Shown: positions 18,322-28,697 of the stretch, in pieces
Layout: the number at the start of each line of letters is the position of its first letter
How positions within the stretch are numbered: the first letter of the stretch is position 1
From: Ignavibacteriales bacterium
Lineage (GTDB): Bacteria > Bacteroidota > Ignavibacteria > UBA10030
Direction of reading: 5' to 3'
Length of the DNA stretch: 64,000 nt
Assembly (NCBI GenBank): GCA_026390595.1
Contig: JAPLFQ010000032.1
Span: 28,215 to 92,214 of the forward strand
Translations under genes and position numbers: made by a program
The notes under the pieces: generated by a model
Seen by the model: the letters and a program-made list of their open reading frames with translations, nothing else
Told to the model about the DNA's origin: nothing
Databases searched by the model: none

Positions 18322-19965
18322 CTACTTGTCGTACTCTCCCCATACACTTCGAAGCTCGTCCGAAATCTCGCCGATCGTCGCATACGCCTCAACGGCATCG
18401 AGCAGGTATGGAACAAGATTCTGATCCGTCCCTGCGTTCGCATGCAGTTGCTTCAAGGACTCGTCCACCTTCCGCTGGTCCCGCGCGGCCTTGATCTCAC
18501 GGAGTTTTCCGATCTGTTTCGCCCGCGTTCCCTCGCCGATATGGAGAATGGGAGGCATCTCTTCATCGCCGACCTTGTATTCATTCATTCCGACGATGAT
18601 CTTCTCCTTCCGCTCGATCGCCACCTGATACTTGTAAGCGCTCTCAGCTATCTGCGTCTGGTAGAACTGCTGTTCGATCGCGGACACCGCTCCGCCCAGC
18701 TCGTCGACCTTCCTGATGTGTTCCCATACGCGGCTCTCGATTTCATTCGTGAGCGATTCCACGTAGTACGAGCCGCCAAGAGGATCGATGGTATCAGTGA
18801 CGCCTGATTCATTTGCGATAATTTGCTGCGTCCTGAGCGCGAGACGAACCGAGTCCTCAGTTGGCAGGGCGAGGGCTTCGTCGCGTGAATTAGTGTGGAG
18901 GGACTGACATCCTCCAAGCACCGCTGCAAGCGCCTGAAGAGTAACACGGACAACGTTGTTGTCTATTTGCTGAGCTGTGAGCGTTGATCCGGCAGTTTGA
19001 GCATGGAACCGCAGCTTCATGGTCTCTTCCAGCTTCGCCCCGAATCGCTCCTTCATGATCCTCGCCCAGAGTCTTCGTGCCGCCCGGAACTTGGCGATTT
19101 CTTCAAAGAAATTACTGTGGGCGTTGAAGAAGAACGACAACTGCGACCCGAACTTGTCAACGTTCAGGCCCCTGTCGATCGCCGCCTGAACATATGCGAT
19201 GGCGTTCGTCAACGTGAACGCGAGTTCCTGCACCGCGGTGGACCCGGCTTCGCGGATGTGATATCCGCTGATCGAGATCGTGTTCCAGCGTGGCAGGTGC
19301 TGACTGCACCACTCGAAGACATCGGTCACAAGTCGCATCGAAGGCTTCGGAGGAAAGATGTGCGTTCCGCGGGCGATGTACTCTTTCAGAATGTCGTTTT
19401 GAATTGTGCCCGAAATGTTCTTGAGGTTCACTCCCTGCTTCTTTGCCACGGCAACATACATGCAGAGCATGATTGCCGCCGTTGCATTGATCGTCATCGA
19501 GGTAGTCACTTTGTCAAGCTGAATGCCGCTGAAGAGCGTTTCCATATCTGCCAGCGTGTCAATCGCCACTCCGACTTTCCCGACTTCTCCTTCGGCGAGT
19601 TCATGGTCGGAATCATACCCGATCTGCGTCGGCAGGTCGAACGCGACGGACAACCCCGTGGTCCCCTGATCAATCAAGTAGAGGTATCGCCGATTTGACT
19701 CCTCTGCAGTCCCGAACCCGGCATACTGGCGCATGGTCCAGTGTCTGTTGCGGTACATCGCGGGATACACTCCTCTCGTAAACGGAGGCTCTCCGGGAAA
19801 CCCCAGTTGAGACTGATAATCCATCGCGAACGGCAGGTAGAGAGGCTCAACCGGAATGCCCGAGTCCGTCTCGACTGATTCCTTTCGCCCCGGGAGCTTC
19901 TCAAGAGCCGGGCGGAGACGTTCCTTCGCCCATCGTGCCCGTTCCTCTTTGAATTGATCTTCCAT
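18322..19965 (-). CDS. Methylmalonyl-CoA mutase family catalytic (N-terminal) subunit; no B12-binding domain in this ORF
   Basis: MCM catalytic-barrel motifs ([33 protein letters not shown]…[16 protein letters not shown]…). The start is set at ATG 19965, preceded by GGAGG with a 5-nt spacer; the longer track ORF is an over-extension. Confidence 0.85.
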   Translation of the reverse strand: MEDQFKEERARWAKERLRPALEKLPGRKESVETDSGIPVEPLYLPFAMDYQSQLGFPGEPPFTRGVYPAMYRNRHWTMRQYAGFGTAEESNRRYLYLIDQGTTGLSVAFDLPTQIGYDSDHELAEGEVGKVGVAIDTLADMETLFSGIQLDKVTTSMTINATAAIMLCMYVAVAKKQGVNLKNISGTIQNDILKEYIARGTHIFPPKPSMRLVTDVFEWCSQHLPRWNTISISGYHIREAGSTAVQELAFTLTNAIAYVQAAIDRGLNVDKFGSQLSFFFNAHSNFFEEIAKFRAARRLWARIMKERFGAKLEETMKLRFHAQTAGSTLTAQQIDNNVVRVTLQALAAVLGGCQSLHTNSRDEALALPTEDSVRLALRTQQIIANESGVTDTIDPLGGSYYVESLTNEIESRVWEHIRKVDELGGAVSAIEQQFYQTQIAESAYKYQVAIERKEKIIVGMNEYKVGDEEMPPILHIGEGTRAKQIGKLREIKAARDQRKVDESLKQLHANAGTDQNLVPYLLDAVEAYATIGEISDELRSVWGEYDK

Positions 19966-20063
19966 CACGACCTCCAGTATACCGATTTGATGATTCCAGA
20001 CATCCCAACCGCAACAGCATTGTCCCACATGTGCAACTCCGTGACTGTAGTCCCATGCTTCTC

Positions 20064-22478
20064 TCAGATCAATCCCGATCGGATCCAGGGAATCAGACGG
20101 ATTTTCATCCCATCGCTCTGCAGGATCACGGCTCCATCCAGATCCGTCCGGCGAATGGGAATGCCAAGTTGCCCGTAGCGAGATAGAACCGCGCGCGATG
20201 GGTGCTTGAACTTGTTCAGCCGACCAACCGATATCAGAGCCAGCGACGGCCGAACAGCCTTCAGGAATCCCTCACTCGAACTCGTCGCCGCACCATGGTG
20301 AGCGACTTTGAGCACGTCGCTCATCAACAAATCAGTGGACGTGCGAAGAATTCGATCCTCGACCTCAGTGCTTGCATCGCCGGTGAGTATCGACGACGTT
20401 GAGCCATAACACGTTTTCAGAACAAGCGATTGATTATTGAGGTCACCCCCTGCAAGCACAGACCCCGGCTGGAGCACAAAGATGCGCGTCGCAGGGTCAA
20501 ATTGCAAGCTTTCACCGGCGCGAACAACAGAAATCGGGATCCCCCTTTCTCTGACAGCGCTGAGCACCGCTTCGTACGATTTCGAAACGGGGGCAGTATC
20601 AGCAACAATAAGAGATCCCACACGAATGCTCTTGAGCAGAGAGATACACCCGCCGATATGATCATCGTGTGGATGTGACAGGATAAGAGCGTCAAGAGCC
20701 CGTATCCCCCTCTTCTTGAGATAGGGAGCAATGGTTCTCTGAGCAGCGTCGCCCTGGCTGTAGGTCGGTCCCGCGTCTATCATGACTCGCCGGTTGTTGG
20801 GAAACTCGAGAAGGAGCGCATCCCCCTGGCCCACATCGATGACGGTCACGGTGAACATGCCGCCACGCCGGGTGAAGGCTTCTGCATAGAAGGACACATT
20901 CATTCCCAACAAGATTACACCGAAAGCCCATACCACAACTCGAGGATTTCGCCGATTGAAGAGCGCTGCTACCGTTGCGTAATAGAAGACGGCGGACATA
21001 GCTCCTACACCCACGGTCTCCATATGCGCATACGGAACGCTTGCACTCCATGTGACGAATTTCAAGAGGAGTGAAACCAGGAGGTCGTTGAGAGCCGCAT
21101 AGGATGAAGCGAGCCAGCCGGAAATGTAGGCGGCCCCGAGCGTGGCAAACCCAAGAAGTGTATTCAATCCGCTGACCGGTACAACGACCAGATTCGCGAG
21201 AATTGAAACAGGTGACACCTGACCGAAGTAGTAGGCGGAAAACGGCAGAGTGCCTATTTGTGCCGCAACTGATACTGCGAAAAGCTTCAATGTCGAGTCG
21301 ACCCCCGTGATTCGAACCAGCTTCGCCGGAAGAAGGCTAATCAGCGGTTCAAGCTTTGGGAAGAAATATACGATGGAAAGTACTGCTGCGAAGGAGAGCT
21401 GAAAACCCACATCCAGAAGGTACAACGGGTCCCACAGCAGCATGACCAACGCCGCGAAGGCAAGCGAGTTGTAGATGTCACCCTTCCTGCCAATTACATT
21501 CCCGACAAGAATCGATCCAGCCATGATCGTTGCCCGGACGACAGAAGGACTCATTCCGGTCATCACCATGTACCAGAGCAATCCCACCAGCGTAAGACCA
21601 GTCGCAGCGCGTGGTGAGACACGCAGAAAGCCGATGAGCGAATAGAAAATCAGGGCTACAACGACGACATTCGATCCCGAGACCGCGAGAATATGAATCG
21701 TTCCGGTGTCCATAAATGCCTTTTTCACCTCAGCGGATAGATCACCGCGGTATCCGAACACGACACCTTTGAGAAAGCTCGCCTCTCCTTGGCCATGAAA
21801 GCGGTCATAAATACTGTAAATGTTATTTTGCGCTTTGGCGGAAATCTCAGAGAGGCTGAACGAACCGGGTCTTGCCAGGAGGGAAATTGAATTCGTGTCT
21901 CGGACGGTGACGAACCCTTGTATCCCGTTCAACGCCAGGTAGCGGCCATAATCGAACTCTCCCGGATTGCGCGCACCTGGAAGTGCTTCGAGATACCCTT
22001 CGATCATGATCCGATCACCTATCGCGAGCGAGTCCGGATCCGACCAGTGTGCCTTCCGCACGATCTGGACGAGAAGACGCCGCTGAGCCTGAATCTCAGC
22101 CGAATCCCTGCGGATGGACTCGGTGCGGACAATCATGTCCGCTCGGGCTCCCCTTTTCACCGGCTCCGACTCGATTCTGCCATGAATGAGTATGCGTTCG
22201 CCAAAGTATCTCGGCCCCAGGATGTCGTTCTGTATCTGGTCTTGCCGCGCGATGCTCAGGAGCAACCCAAGCAATACCATAACCGCGTGGACATACAGCG
22301 ACGGAAGTATTGATGAGGAGACCCTCACCCGCGAGAACACGAAAAGCGCCGCGAGGATGCTGATCGCGCTGAAGACTGAAATGATTGTCGGCCGGAAGAA
22401 TGTGGACAGGATGATGCCCGAAGTGAACAACAACACTGCCCGTACCGCTGGTCTCCGGCTCCACGGAGATGTGGTCAT
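20064..22478 (-). CDS. comEC: DNA internalization-related competence protein ComEC/Rec2 (DUF4131 + competence TM domain + metallo-beta-lactamase domain)
   Basis: 804-aa polytopic protein with a C-terminal MBL motif ([13 protein letters not shown]) and the ComEC family TM core. Confidence 0.85.
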   Translation of the reverse strand: MTTSPWSRRPAVRAVLLFTSGIILSTFFRPTIISVFSAISILAALFVFSRVRVSSSILPSLYVHAVMVLLGLLLSIARQDQIQNDILGPRYFGERILIHGRIESEPVKRGARADMIVRTESIRRDSAEIQAQRRLLVQIVRKAHWSDPDSLAIGDRIMIEGYLEALPGARNPGEFDYGRYLALNGIQGFVTVRDTNSISLLARPGSFSLSEISAKAQNNIYSIYDRFHGQGEASFLKGVVFGYRGDLSAEVKKAFMDTGTIHILAVSGSNVVVVALIFYSLIGFLRVSPRAATGLTLVGLLWYMVMTGMSPSVVRATIMAGSILVGNVIGRKGDIYNSLAFAALVMLLWDPLYLLDVGFQLSFAAVLSIVYFFPKLEPLISLLPAKLVRITGVDSTLKLFAVSVAAQIGTLPFSAYYFGQVSPVSILANLVVVPVSGLNTLLGFATLGAAYISGWLASSYAALNDLLVSLLLKFVTWSASVPYAHMETVGVGAMSAVFYYATVAALFNRRNPRVVVWAFGVILLGMNVSFYAEAFTRRGGMFTVTVIDVGQGDALLLEFPNNRRVMIDAGPTYSQGDAAQRTIAPYLKKRGIRALDALILSHPHDDHIGGCISLLKSIRVGSLIVADTAPVSKSYEAVLSAVRERGIPISVVRAGESLQFDPATRIFVLQPGSVLAGGDLNNQSLVLKTCYGSTSSILTGDASTEVEDRILRTSTDLLMSDVLKVAHHGAATSSSEGFLKAVRPSLALISVGRLNKFKHPSRAVLSRYGQLGIPIRRTDLDGAVILQSDGMKIRLIPWIRSGLI

Positions 22479-22483
22479 GCGAT

Positions 22484-23386
22484 TTACAGTGAGGCGAGAA
22501 GCGCAGGAGTTACGTGAACGAGGTTTTTCAGAACTGTGCTGAGGTCCCGGTGTTTTCGCCCTGCAAGAATGCAGGGGACGGGATTACGGGTGTGGGATTT
22601 TGTCGAAAGGTCTTCAATATTGCCGTGATCGCTGGTCAAAATGAGGGTACACTCCCGATGGTCGAAATTTTCGAGCAGCCCTCCGAGCATACCATCGAAA
22701 CGTTCGAGCGTTTCAACGGCAATCGCCATGTCTCTTCCATGGCCGGCATAGTCCGTCAACCAGTATTCGAAGAGCGTGAACGCGTGCCTTGCCGTGATAC
22801 TCCATAAATGCTTGCCGGCCTCCCGCGGAGTGATGATAGGAAGATCCGGATATCCAAGTTCGGGCCAGCGAGCCCGGGTGATGTCGGCGGACACCGATTC
22901 ATCCCGGCCAAGGGATTCGGCGTGCTGCAACGGCACTTCAGCGTACCTGCATGAGAGTGTCGTAACGCTCAGTCTTCTTTTACCGGAAGCCGCATACTCG
23001 AAGAACTGCTTCGGAAATGCATTTGCGAAACAGACTGTTCGTCCTCTCGACTTGTATTGCCGGAAGATGTTGTTCGATTCAATAAGCGGATGAAGCGGTG
23101 TTGCAGCATACGGTCCGAAGTGGCGACCCATCAGCTTCGACGCGTTGACACCGGTGAACAATGTCGCCTGTCCCGTACCACTTTGCGGCAATCCCTCGAC
23201 ACCCAGGGTGGCATTCAAGGGAATGGCGACGGCGAGATCGGATGCAATTCTTCGAAGGCCGAGATGAGGAAGCTTGCCTCCCAACAGCGACCGCAGATGA
23301 GGGAGTCGTGCCCGGAACAAAGGATTGACATCCGGGTCAGCTTTTCCAAGTCCCACGCCGTCAAGAAACAGGAACAGTGTTCGCAC
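22484..23386 (-). CDS. Alkaline-phosphatase-superfamily metalloenzyme domain protein (iPGM / phosphopentomutase-like)
   Basis: N-terminal LFLFLDGVGLG and C-terminal LILTSDHGN metal-ligand motifs, typical of the PF01676 metalloenzyme family. Confidence 0.6.
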   Translation of the reverse strand: MRTLFLFLDGVGLGKADPDVNPLFRARLPHLRSLLGGKLPHLGLRRIASDLAVAIPLNATLGVEGLPQSGTGQATLFTGVNASKLMGRHFGPYAATPLHPLIESNNIFRQYKSRGRTVCFANAFPKQFFEYAASGKRRLSVTTLSCRYAEVPLQHAESLGRDESVSADITRARWPELGYPDLPIITPREAGKHLWSITARHAFTLFEYWLTDYAGHGRDMAIAVETLERFDGMLGGLLENFDHRECTLILTSDHGNIEDLSTKSHTRNPVPCILAGRKHRDLSTVLKNLVHVTPALLASL

Positions 23387-23406
23387 GTCCCACCCTTCTG
23401 ATCGGG

Positions 23407-23862
23407 CTAAGTGCCCGTTTTGCTCTCGACCATCACAGTGACAGGTCCGTCATTGACCAGTTCGACATTCATCATTGCCCGAAAAACGCCTGTGGCGGTT
23501 TTTTCGGCGCCGAGCAATTCCTTGATCCGCCCTGCGAAATGATCATACAGCAATTCTGCCGATTCAGGAGCTGCAGCCTCGCTGTAACTGGGGCGGTTCC
23601 CCTTTCTCGTATCGCCGTACAGAGTGAACTGGGAAACCACCATCACCGATCCCCCGACATCCTTGACCGAGAGATTCATTTTGCCCTGAGCATCTTCGAA
23701 GATCCTCAATGCCGCACACCGGTCGGCAAGATACTCGGCATCAGCCGCCTGATCTCCTTGTTTCACGCCGAGAAGAACCAGGACTCCCGGCCCGATGGCA
23801 CTGTGCATCGATCCATCGATTGTGACCGAACACCGCTTCACCCGTTGTATGAGCGCTCTCAT
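23407..23862 (-). CDS. dtd: D-aminoacyl-tRNA deacylase
   Basis: 151 aa with MRALIQRVKRCSV…VSQFTLYGDTRKGNRPS… and the C-terminal NDGPVT motif. Confidence 0.9.
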   Translation of the reverse strand: MRALIQRVKRCSVTIDGSMHSAIGPGVLVLLGVKQGDQAADAEYLADRCAALRIFEDAQGKMNLSVKDVGGSVMVVSQFTLYGDTRKGNRPSYSEAAAPESAELLYDHFAGRIKELLGAEKTATGVFRAMMNVELVNDGPVTVMVESKTGT

Positions 23863-23919
23863 TGCTCCTTGCCCTCAATGCAGAATCGTTGCTCACCTCA
23901 TCTTGTGAGTCACTTCTAA

Positions 23920-24810
23920 TCACGCGGACTGCCCCAATACGATCCTTGGAATCCCCTGTAGGTCTTTGGCGACCGAAAGGTCCGCGAAGCCAGCCTTCCT
24001 GAATATTCCGACGACAGTTTCCGACTGCTCGTGTCCGACCTCGACGAGGATCCATCCGTTCTCGCGGAGAAGGGAGCGTCCGATCTCGGCCATTCGACGG
24101 TAGAACGCGAACCCATCCCCGGCATCGCTGACCGCCGTGAGCGGTTCATGGTTCCTGATCTCCGGAGCTAGCTGCTCCCATTCCTGAGCCGAAACGTACG
24201 GCGGATTGCTGACGAGCAAATCGAACTTCTGCGAAAACGCTTCCACAATGGAATCAAAGACCGACAACTCCCTGAGAACAACTCGCTCGGTGACTCCATG
24301 CGCCGAAATGTTTCCCCTCGCAACTTCGAGGGCCTCTCTATCCACGTCGATACTCGTCACATGAGCGTTTCGCACCAGCTTCGCGACTGAGACTGCAATA
24401 TTGCCGCTCCCGGTACCGACTTCGAGGACGGTTACCGGGCTTCCCTCAGGCCTTCGGCCACAGACAAGCATGATTTGTTCGACAAGTGTTTCGGTTTCGG
24501 GCCGGGGAATGAGCGATCGTGGATCAACTTGAAACTGCATGCCCATGAATCCCGCGGAACCGACTATATACTGGACTGGTTCGTGCTGCAGGCGGCGCTC
24601 GAAGAGGGTTCGGAAACCTTTCAGTTCGTCCTTGCTGAGCGGTTGGTCGAACCGCGTGTAGAGCTCGATACGCTGGCAATGGAGAGCATGCGAAAGGAGA
24701 AGCTCGACCGTGAGGCGAGCTTCGTCGAACCCGTGACGTTGGAGATAGTCGATCGAGAACTTCATCAGGTCCCGGATAGTCCAAGACTGCGGCACCTGTT
24801 GAAGCGTCAT
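23920..24810 (-). CDS. prmC: Release factor glutamine N5-methyltransferase
   Basis: SAM-binding motif (VLEVGTGSGNIAV) and the NPPY catalytic motif (LVSNPPYV). Confidence 0.9.
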   Translation of the reverse strand: MTLQQVPQSWTIRDLMKFSIDYLQRHGFDEARLTVELLLSHALHCQRIELYTRFDQPLSKDELKGFRTLFERRLQHEPVQYIVGSAGFMGMQFQVDPRSLIPRPETETLVEQIMLVCGRRPEGSPVTVLEVGTGSGNIAVSVAKLVRNAHVTSIDVDREALEVARGNISAHGVTERVVLRELSVFDSIVEAFSQKFDLLVSNPPYVSAQEWEQLAPEIRNHEPLTAVSDAGDGFAFYRRMAEIGRSLLRENGWILVEVGHEQSETVVGIFRKAGFADLSVAKDLQGIPRIVLGQSA

Positions 24811-25484
24811 GTTCGGGGAGATCGTTTGGACTTTGGGTGTGCGGCCCGTTTCTTTGCGCGGGAATTGACGGTACGTGGCCGGGATTTCTTTCTTGACTTC
24901 ACTTTTGCCGACGGCCGCTCCTTCGCAGCGGGCTTCTTTGATTTGCCGGCAGAAGGCCTCTTGGCGGTCTTGCCAAGAACTGTTTCCAACTCTTTCATTT
25001 TGTCAGCCGAAAAGGTCTTCTTGACTTCGCGTTGGAGTTTCTGCGTCCTCGCGAGAATCTCAAGTAACTGGTCTTCCGTGTCCTGGTCTCCCTCCGGACG
25101 GCGCTCCCACGCTTTTGTCAAAGCGGTCATCGTCAGGTCCACCTTGCGCCGGATCATCCCGCCGAGTATCTCTGGGGTGAGCTCGACACTTTTCAGCTTC
25201 ACGCGATCGCCGGAGTAGAATCCGAGCGTCTCGAGTTCTTCCTGCTGTTCGGATTCTTCACGCTGTGAACCGTCGAACGGTTCACCATTCTCGTCGAGGG
25301 ATGGCATGAATTCGAATCGCGTATCGCCTTCGAGCAGGGCTGTGAAATCAGGAAGCGAAGGGATTTCGAATCCCTGCTTCTTCCCCTGCCTGTCCATCGC
25401 CTCCCAGATCTTTTTCACCGGGACGATGACATCCTTGTCTGTCGCCAATATACGTTCAGCTTCATTCAGACAGCGCTCGTACAC
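24807..25484 (-). CDS. Hypothetical protein with a histone-H1-like K/R/A/S/P-rich C-terminal tail, translationally coupled to prmC
   Basis: 4-nt overlap with prmC (ATGA). The N-terminal ~170 aa matched no family I recognise. The last ~55 aa are KRPSAGKSKKPAAKERPSAKVKSRKKSRPRTVNSRAKKRAAHPKSKRSPRT. Confidence 0.55.
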   Translation of the reverse strand: MYERCLNEAERILATDKDVIVPVKKIWEAMDRQGKKQGFEIPSLPDFTALLEGDTRFEFMPSLDENGEPFDGSQREESEQQEELETLGFYSGDRVKLKSVELTPEILGGMIRRKVDLTMTALTKAWERRPEGDQDTEDQLLEILARTQKLQREVKKTFSADKMKELETVLGKTAKRPSAGKSKKPAAKERPSAKVKSRKKSRPRTVNSRAKKRAAHPKSKRSPRT

Positions 25485-25692
25485 TCAATCCTCCGAACCA
25501 AAGCACGTGAGATTTCTTTGAATGAATGTAAAGTTATTTAGAGGAAAGCGCAAGCAAGCCAATTTGCAGTCCGATGAAACGCAAATGTAGTGATCCGTTT
25601 CCAAGGCGAGACTACGTGGAAGGCGGTCTACAAACGACAACGGGTCGAACAATGTCGACCCGCGGGAGATTCGCAAAGCAGTGTTGAGAGAC

Positions 25693-26103
25693 TCACTTTT
25701 TCTTCTTCATCTTGTCGGCGAAAAGCTGGGCCGACTTCTCGATGTCATACCCCACCTTTGGCATATAAGATCCGCCAAATTTCTCGACCATTGACTTGAG
25801 AGTGTCGTAGGCGTCTGCGCTGCAGAAAAATATCGGCGTGCTCTTGTTCACGCCCTCTCGGCGCGCAAGCTGGAGGAGCGCAATGCCGGGAAGATGGCCC
25901 TTTAGGTGCGTGTCTTTAAAGTCGTTGTCGAGAATGACGAGGTTAAAAAGCTCAGACCTAATCTTTTCCCACGTTTCAACGCTCGTCGCCGTCTCGACGA
26001 TTGTAATTTCATCTTCGAGGATCGCCGTACACACTTCGAGCGCAAATCCGTGGGATCTGCGTTGCCCGTCATCATCATCAGCAACCAGAACTTTGTAGGG
26101 CAT
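25693..26103 (-). CDS. Orphan single-domain response regulator (CheY-like receiver)
   Basis: Acidic pocket DDDD (res 9-12), phospho-acceptor context LVILDNDF, a conserved S/T (FCSADA) and K (YMPKVG). No output domain, and no adjacent kinase. Confidence 0.75.
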   Translation of the reverse strand: MPYKVLVADDDDGQRRSHGFALEVCTAILEDEITIVETATSVETWEKIRSELFNLVILDNDFKDTHLKGHLPGIALLQLARREGVNKSTPIFFCSADAYDTLKSMVEKFGGSYMPKVGYDIEKSAQLFADKMKKKK

Positions 26104-26192
26104 CTCTAGCTATTTTCCTTCAACGAATACGGCGATAGTTGTGTGTAAAACGTACGACTTTTTCAATGTAAAAACAACACTCACTCGCCCGC

Positions 26193-27983
26193 TCAATTGC
26201 GCTTCACTGTTTCCTGTGCGCGTGCGTACACAACGGTTCCCCCGACGATGGTCTTTTCCACAACCGTCGTGGGAATTTCGTGTGATTCAATTCTCATGAT
26301 GTCTTTCGACAGAATGACAAAATCCGCCAATTTGCCTTTCTCCAATGACCCCAAGAGATGTTCTTGAAAGGCCGCGTATGAAGCCCAGGATGTGTATGCT
26401 CGAATTGATTCCTCACGTGTCATTTTCTGCGACGCGTACCAGCCGTTTTCAAATGCGGCGGTGTCACGAACCCCACCCGATGAAAGCTCAAAAAAAGCCC
26501 GAATATCCTGGGAGTTTTTCGGCTTCCCGGCAAGGTCCTGCCTCGTTACCGCTGCATAGATTCCGAGTATTGGATTGGGGCTTTCAACCGGAAAATCCGA
26601 TCCTCCGGGAATGATAACTCCGGTCTCCAGCAGCGAGCGCCAAGCGTACGCACCCAGGATTCTGGCCGATCCCAGTCGCGCTTCTGCCCAGTACATATCC
26701 GATGTACAATGAATTGGCTGCATGCTCGGTATGATGCCCAGCTTTTTGAAACGAGGGATATCCTCAAGCGCGAGAACCTGGACATGCTCGACTCTCAGTC
26801 GATGGTCAGCAACAGGATGATCTTTCAGTGCCGCCTCATATACGGCAAGAATAATCTTGTTGGCACGGTCTCCAATGGCGTGTGTGCAGACCTGGAATCC
26901 GTTCGCCAGTGCTTCATCAACCGCCTGTCTGAGCGATTTTTCATCGGTCACCGTCAGTCCTCTATTGCCCGGATCGTCGCTGTACGGTTCCAGGAGGGCA
27001 GCCCCCCGCGAACCGAGAGCCCCATCCACATACAGTTTGAGGGCCCTCACCCAGAGTCGATTGTCGCCATAGCCTGACAATCTCCCCTTTGCCGGACCGG
27101 ACTCCGTCTTTTTCGTGTACTGATCCCACGTTTCCCCCAATCCTTCAATCGCGGTATACACTCTGAACGGAAACTCTTTCTTGTCGATCAACCCTTTGTA
27201 GATCTCAATATCCTTTGCATCAACCCCCATGTCATCCATACACACGATGCCAAACTGCAGGCATTCCCCGACCGCCAGTTTGATGGCCTCCTCAGATTCC
27301 TTGACGGATGGCGGGGGAAGAAACTTGCTCACCAGCGACATGGCGTTGTCTACGAATACGCCTGTCGGATTCCCCGACTTGTCCCGTTCGATTTTTCCAC
27401 CTGCCGGATCTGGTGTTTCTTTGGTGATTCCGGCAATTTCCAGACCTTTCTTGTTGATCCATGCGGCGTGCCCGTCGACGCGGGCCAGATAAACCGGATT
27501 GTTTGGAGAAATCTTGTCAAGAACTTCGTGTGTCGGAAATCGCTTCGTCGGCCACAAGTTCTGATCCCACCCTCTGCCCCGGACCCACTGACCCTGTTCC
27601 GTTCGTTGCACTCGTTGGACCACAAGACCTGCAACAACTGCTTCAGATGACGCCCCCACCAAATCGACAGTTATCTTGGATACCCCCAGACTCATGAGAT
27701 GGGCATGGGCATCAATGAAGCCGGGCAGCACTGTTTTTCCACCGAGGTCGATCACTTGTTTTGCCCGGACGCTTCCTTCGAGATCATGCTTCGAACCAAT
27801 CGCGACAATACGGTCCCCGCGCGTGGCCAGCGCTTCTGCGACATTCATTCTCCCGTCCATCGTGTAGATGCGACCATTGACATACAGCACGTCAGCGGGC
27901 TCGGGAACGGTGTGAAGGAATAGGTATGTGCAAAGAGCGATACACACGAAGAATAGTATGAACCAGGCTAATTGTGTATTCAT
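26193..27983 (-). CDS. Amidohydrolase-family metal-dependent hydrolase with an N-terminal signal/TM anchor
   Basis: N-terminal TM helix, PGFIDAHAHL metal-binding motif, and distal HxH/D motifs typical of amidohydrolase_3. Confidence 0.8.
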   Translation of the reverse strand: MNTQLAWFILFFVCIALCTYLFLHTVPEPADVLYVNGRIYTMDGRMNVAEALATRGDRIVAIGSKHDLEGSVRAKQVIDLGGKTVLPGFIDAHAHLMSLGVSKITVDLVGASSEAVVAGLVVQRVQRTEQGQWVRGRGWDQNLWPTKRFPTHEVLDKISPNNPVYLARVDGHAAWINKKGLEIAGITKETPDPAGGKIERDKSGNPTGVFVDNAMSLVSKFLPPPSVKESEEAIKLAVGECLQFGIVCMDDMGVDAKDIEIYKGLIDKKEFPFRVYTAIEGLGETWDQYTKKTESGPAKGRLSGYGDNRLWVRALKLYVDGALGSRGAALLEPYSDDPGNRGLTVTDEKSLRQAVDEALANGFQVCTHAIGDRANKIILAVYEAALKDHPVADHRLRVEHVQVLALEDIPRFKKLGIIPSMQPIHCTSDMYWAEARLGSARILGAYAWRSLLETGVIIPGGSDFPVESPNPILGIYAAVTRQDLAGKPKNSQDIRAFFELSSGGVRDTAAFENGWYASQKMTREESIRAYTSWASYAAFQEHLLGSLEKGKLADFVILSKDIMRIESHEIPTTVVEKTIVGGTVVYARAQETVKRN

Positions 27984-28441
27984 GAGTTTTCCGGGGAGTC
28001 AGTTTTGAATTGACCGGACCGTAATCTCCGCGTCAGAATCAGGTTTTCGGCGAGTACACTTGCCACCGACATCTTCGTGCACTCCTATCGCCCACATAAT
28101 TCTCATCCGGCAGAGCAGCCCAAGTATCGGTGCGGAAACGGCCAATGATGTCGAACGGTCGTGCGTGATGAATCATCGAACACGTGAGGGTACGGCTAAA
28201 GGTAGCTCACGTGAAGTGGAATTGCAATTAAAAAGGGCGTGTGCTATCAGGAACAACTGGAAGACAACAGGGTCGCCGTCCTCGAATTGTCGTTGGGATC
28301 ATGGAATCTTCCCTTTTGGTTCGCGACGCTCGACAATAATCTGGTCGCGCCACTTCCTCATGTTTGTTGGTCACGTCCTGACGCAGCAGTATCAACAATT
28401 TCGAACAGAGCGTCAATGCTCGGCGTCATCTCGTTTTCGGT

Positions 28442-28457
28442 TGGCACCTTTTTAGCT
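28442..28457 (+). promoter_or_regulatory. Candidate sigma54-type -24/-12 element (TGGCAC-N5-TAGC)
   Basis: TGGCACcttttTAGCT has the correct GG-N10-GC spacing, about 240 bp upstream of the GH38 ATG at 28698. The -12 region is imperfect (TAGC vs TTGC). Confidence 0.25.
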
Positions 28458-28697
28458 GACCTCGGAATTAGGCGATTTTTGTCAGATGACTTCTTGCAGA
28501 AACTGCTTTTTCTGATTGGCCGGCTAATGATGGCAGGAAGGCCGATTTCGGCCCAAATATCAAGAGATACCTTATCCAAGGGACTTAATCTATTGGGAGT
28601 AAACGGCCTTGACAAGTCGCTCAACAATCCCTATTTTCCACCTGCATTTCGCAAAAACGAGCTCAAGACAGTAAATTTCAGGGAAACGACAGGACCA

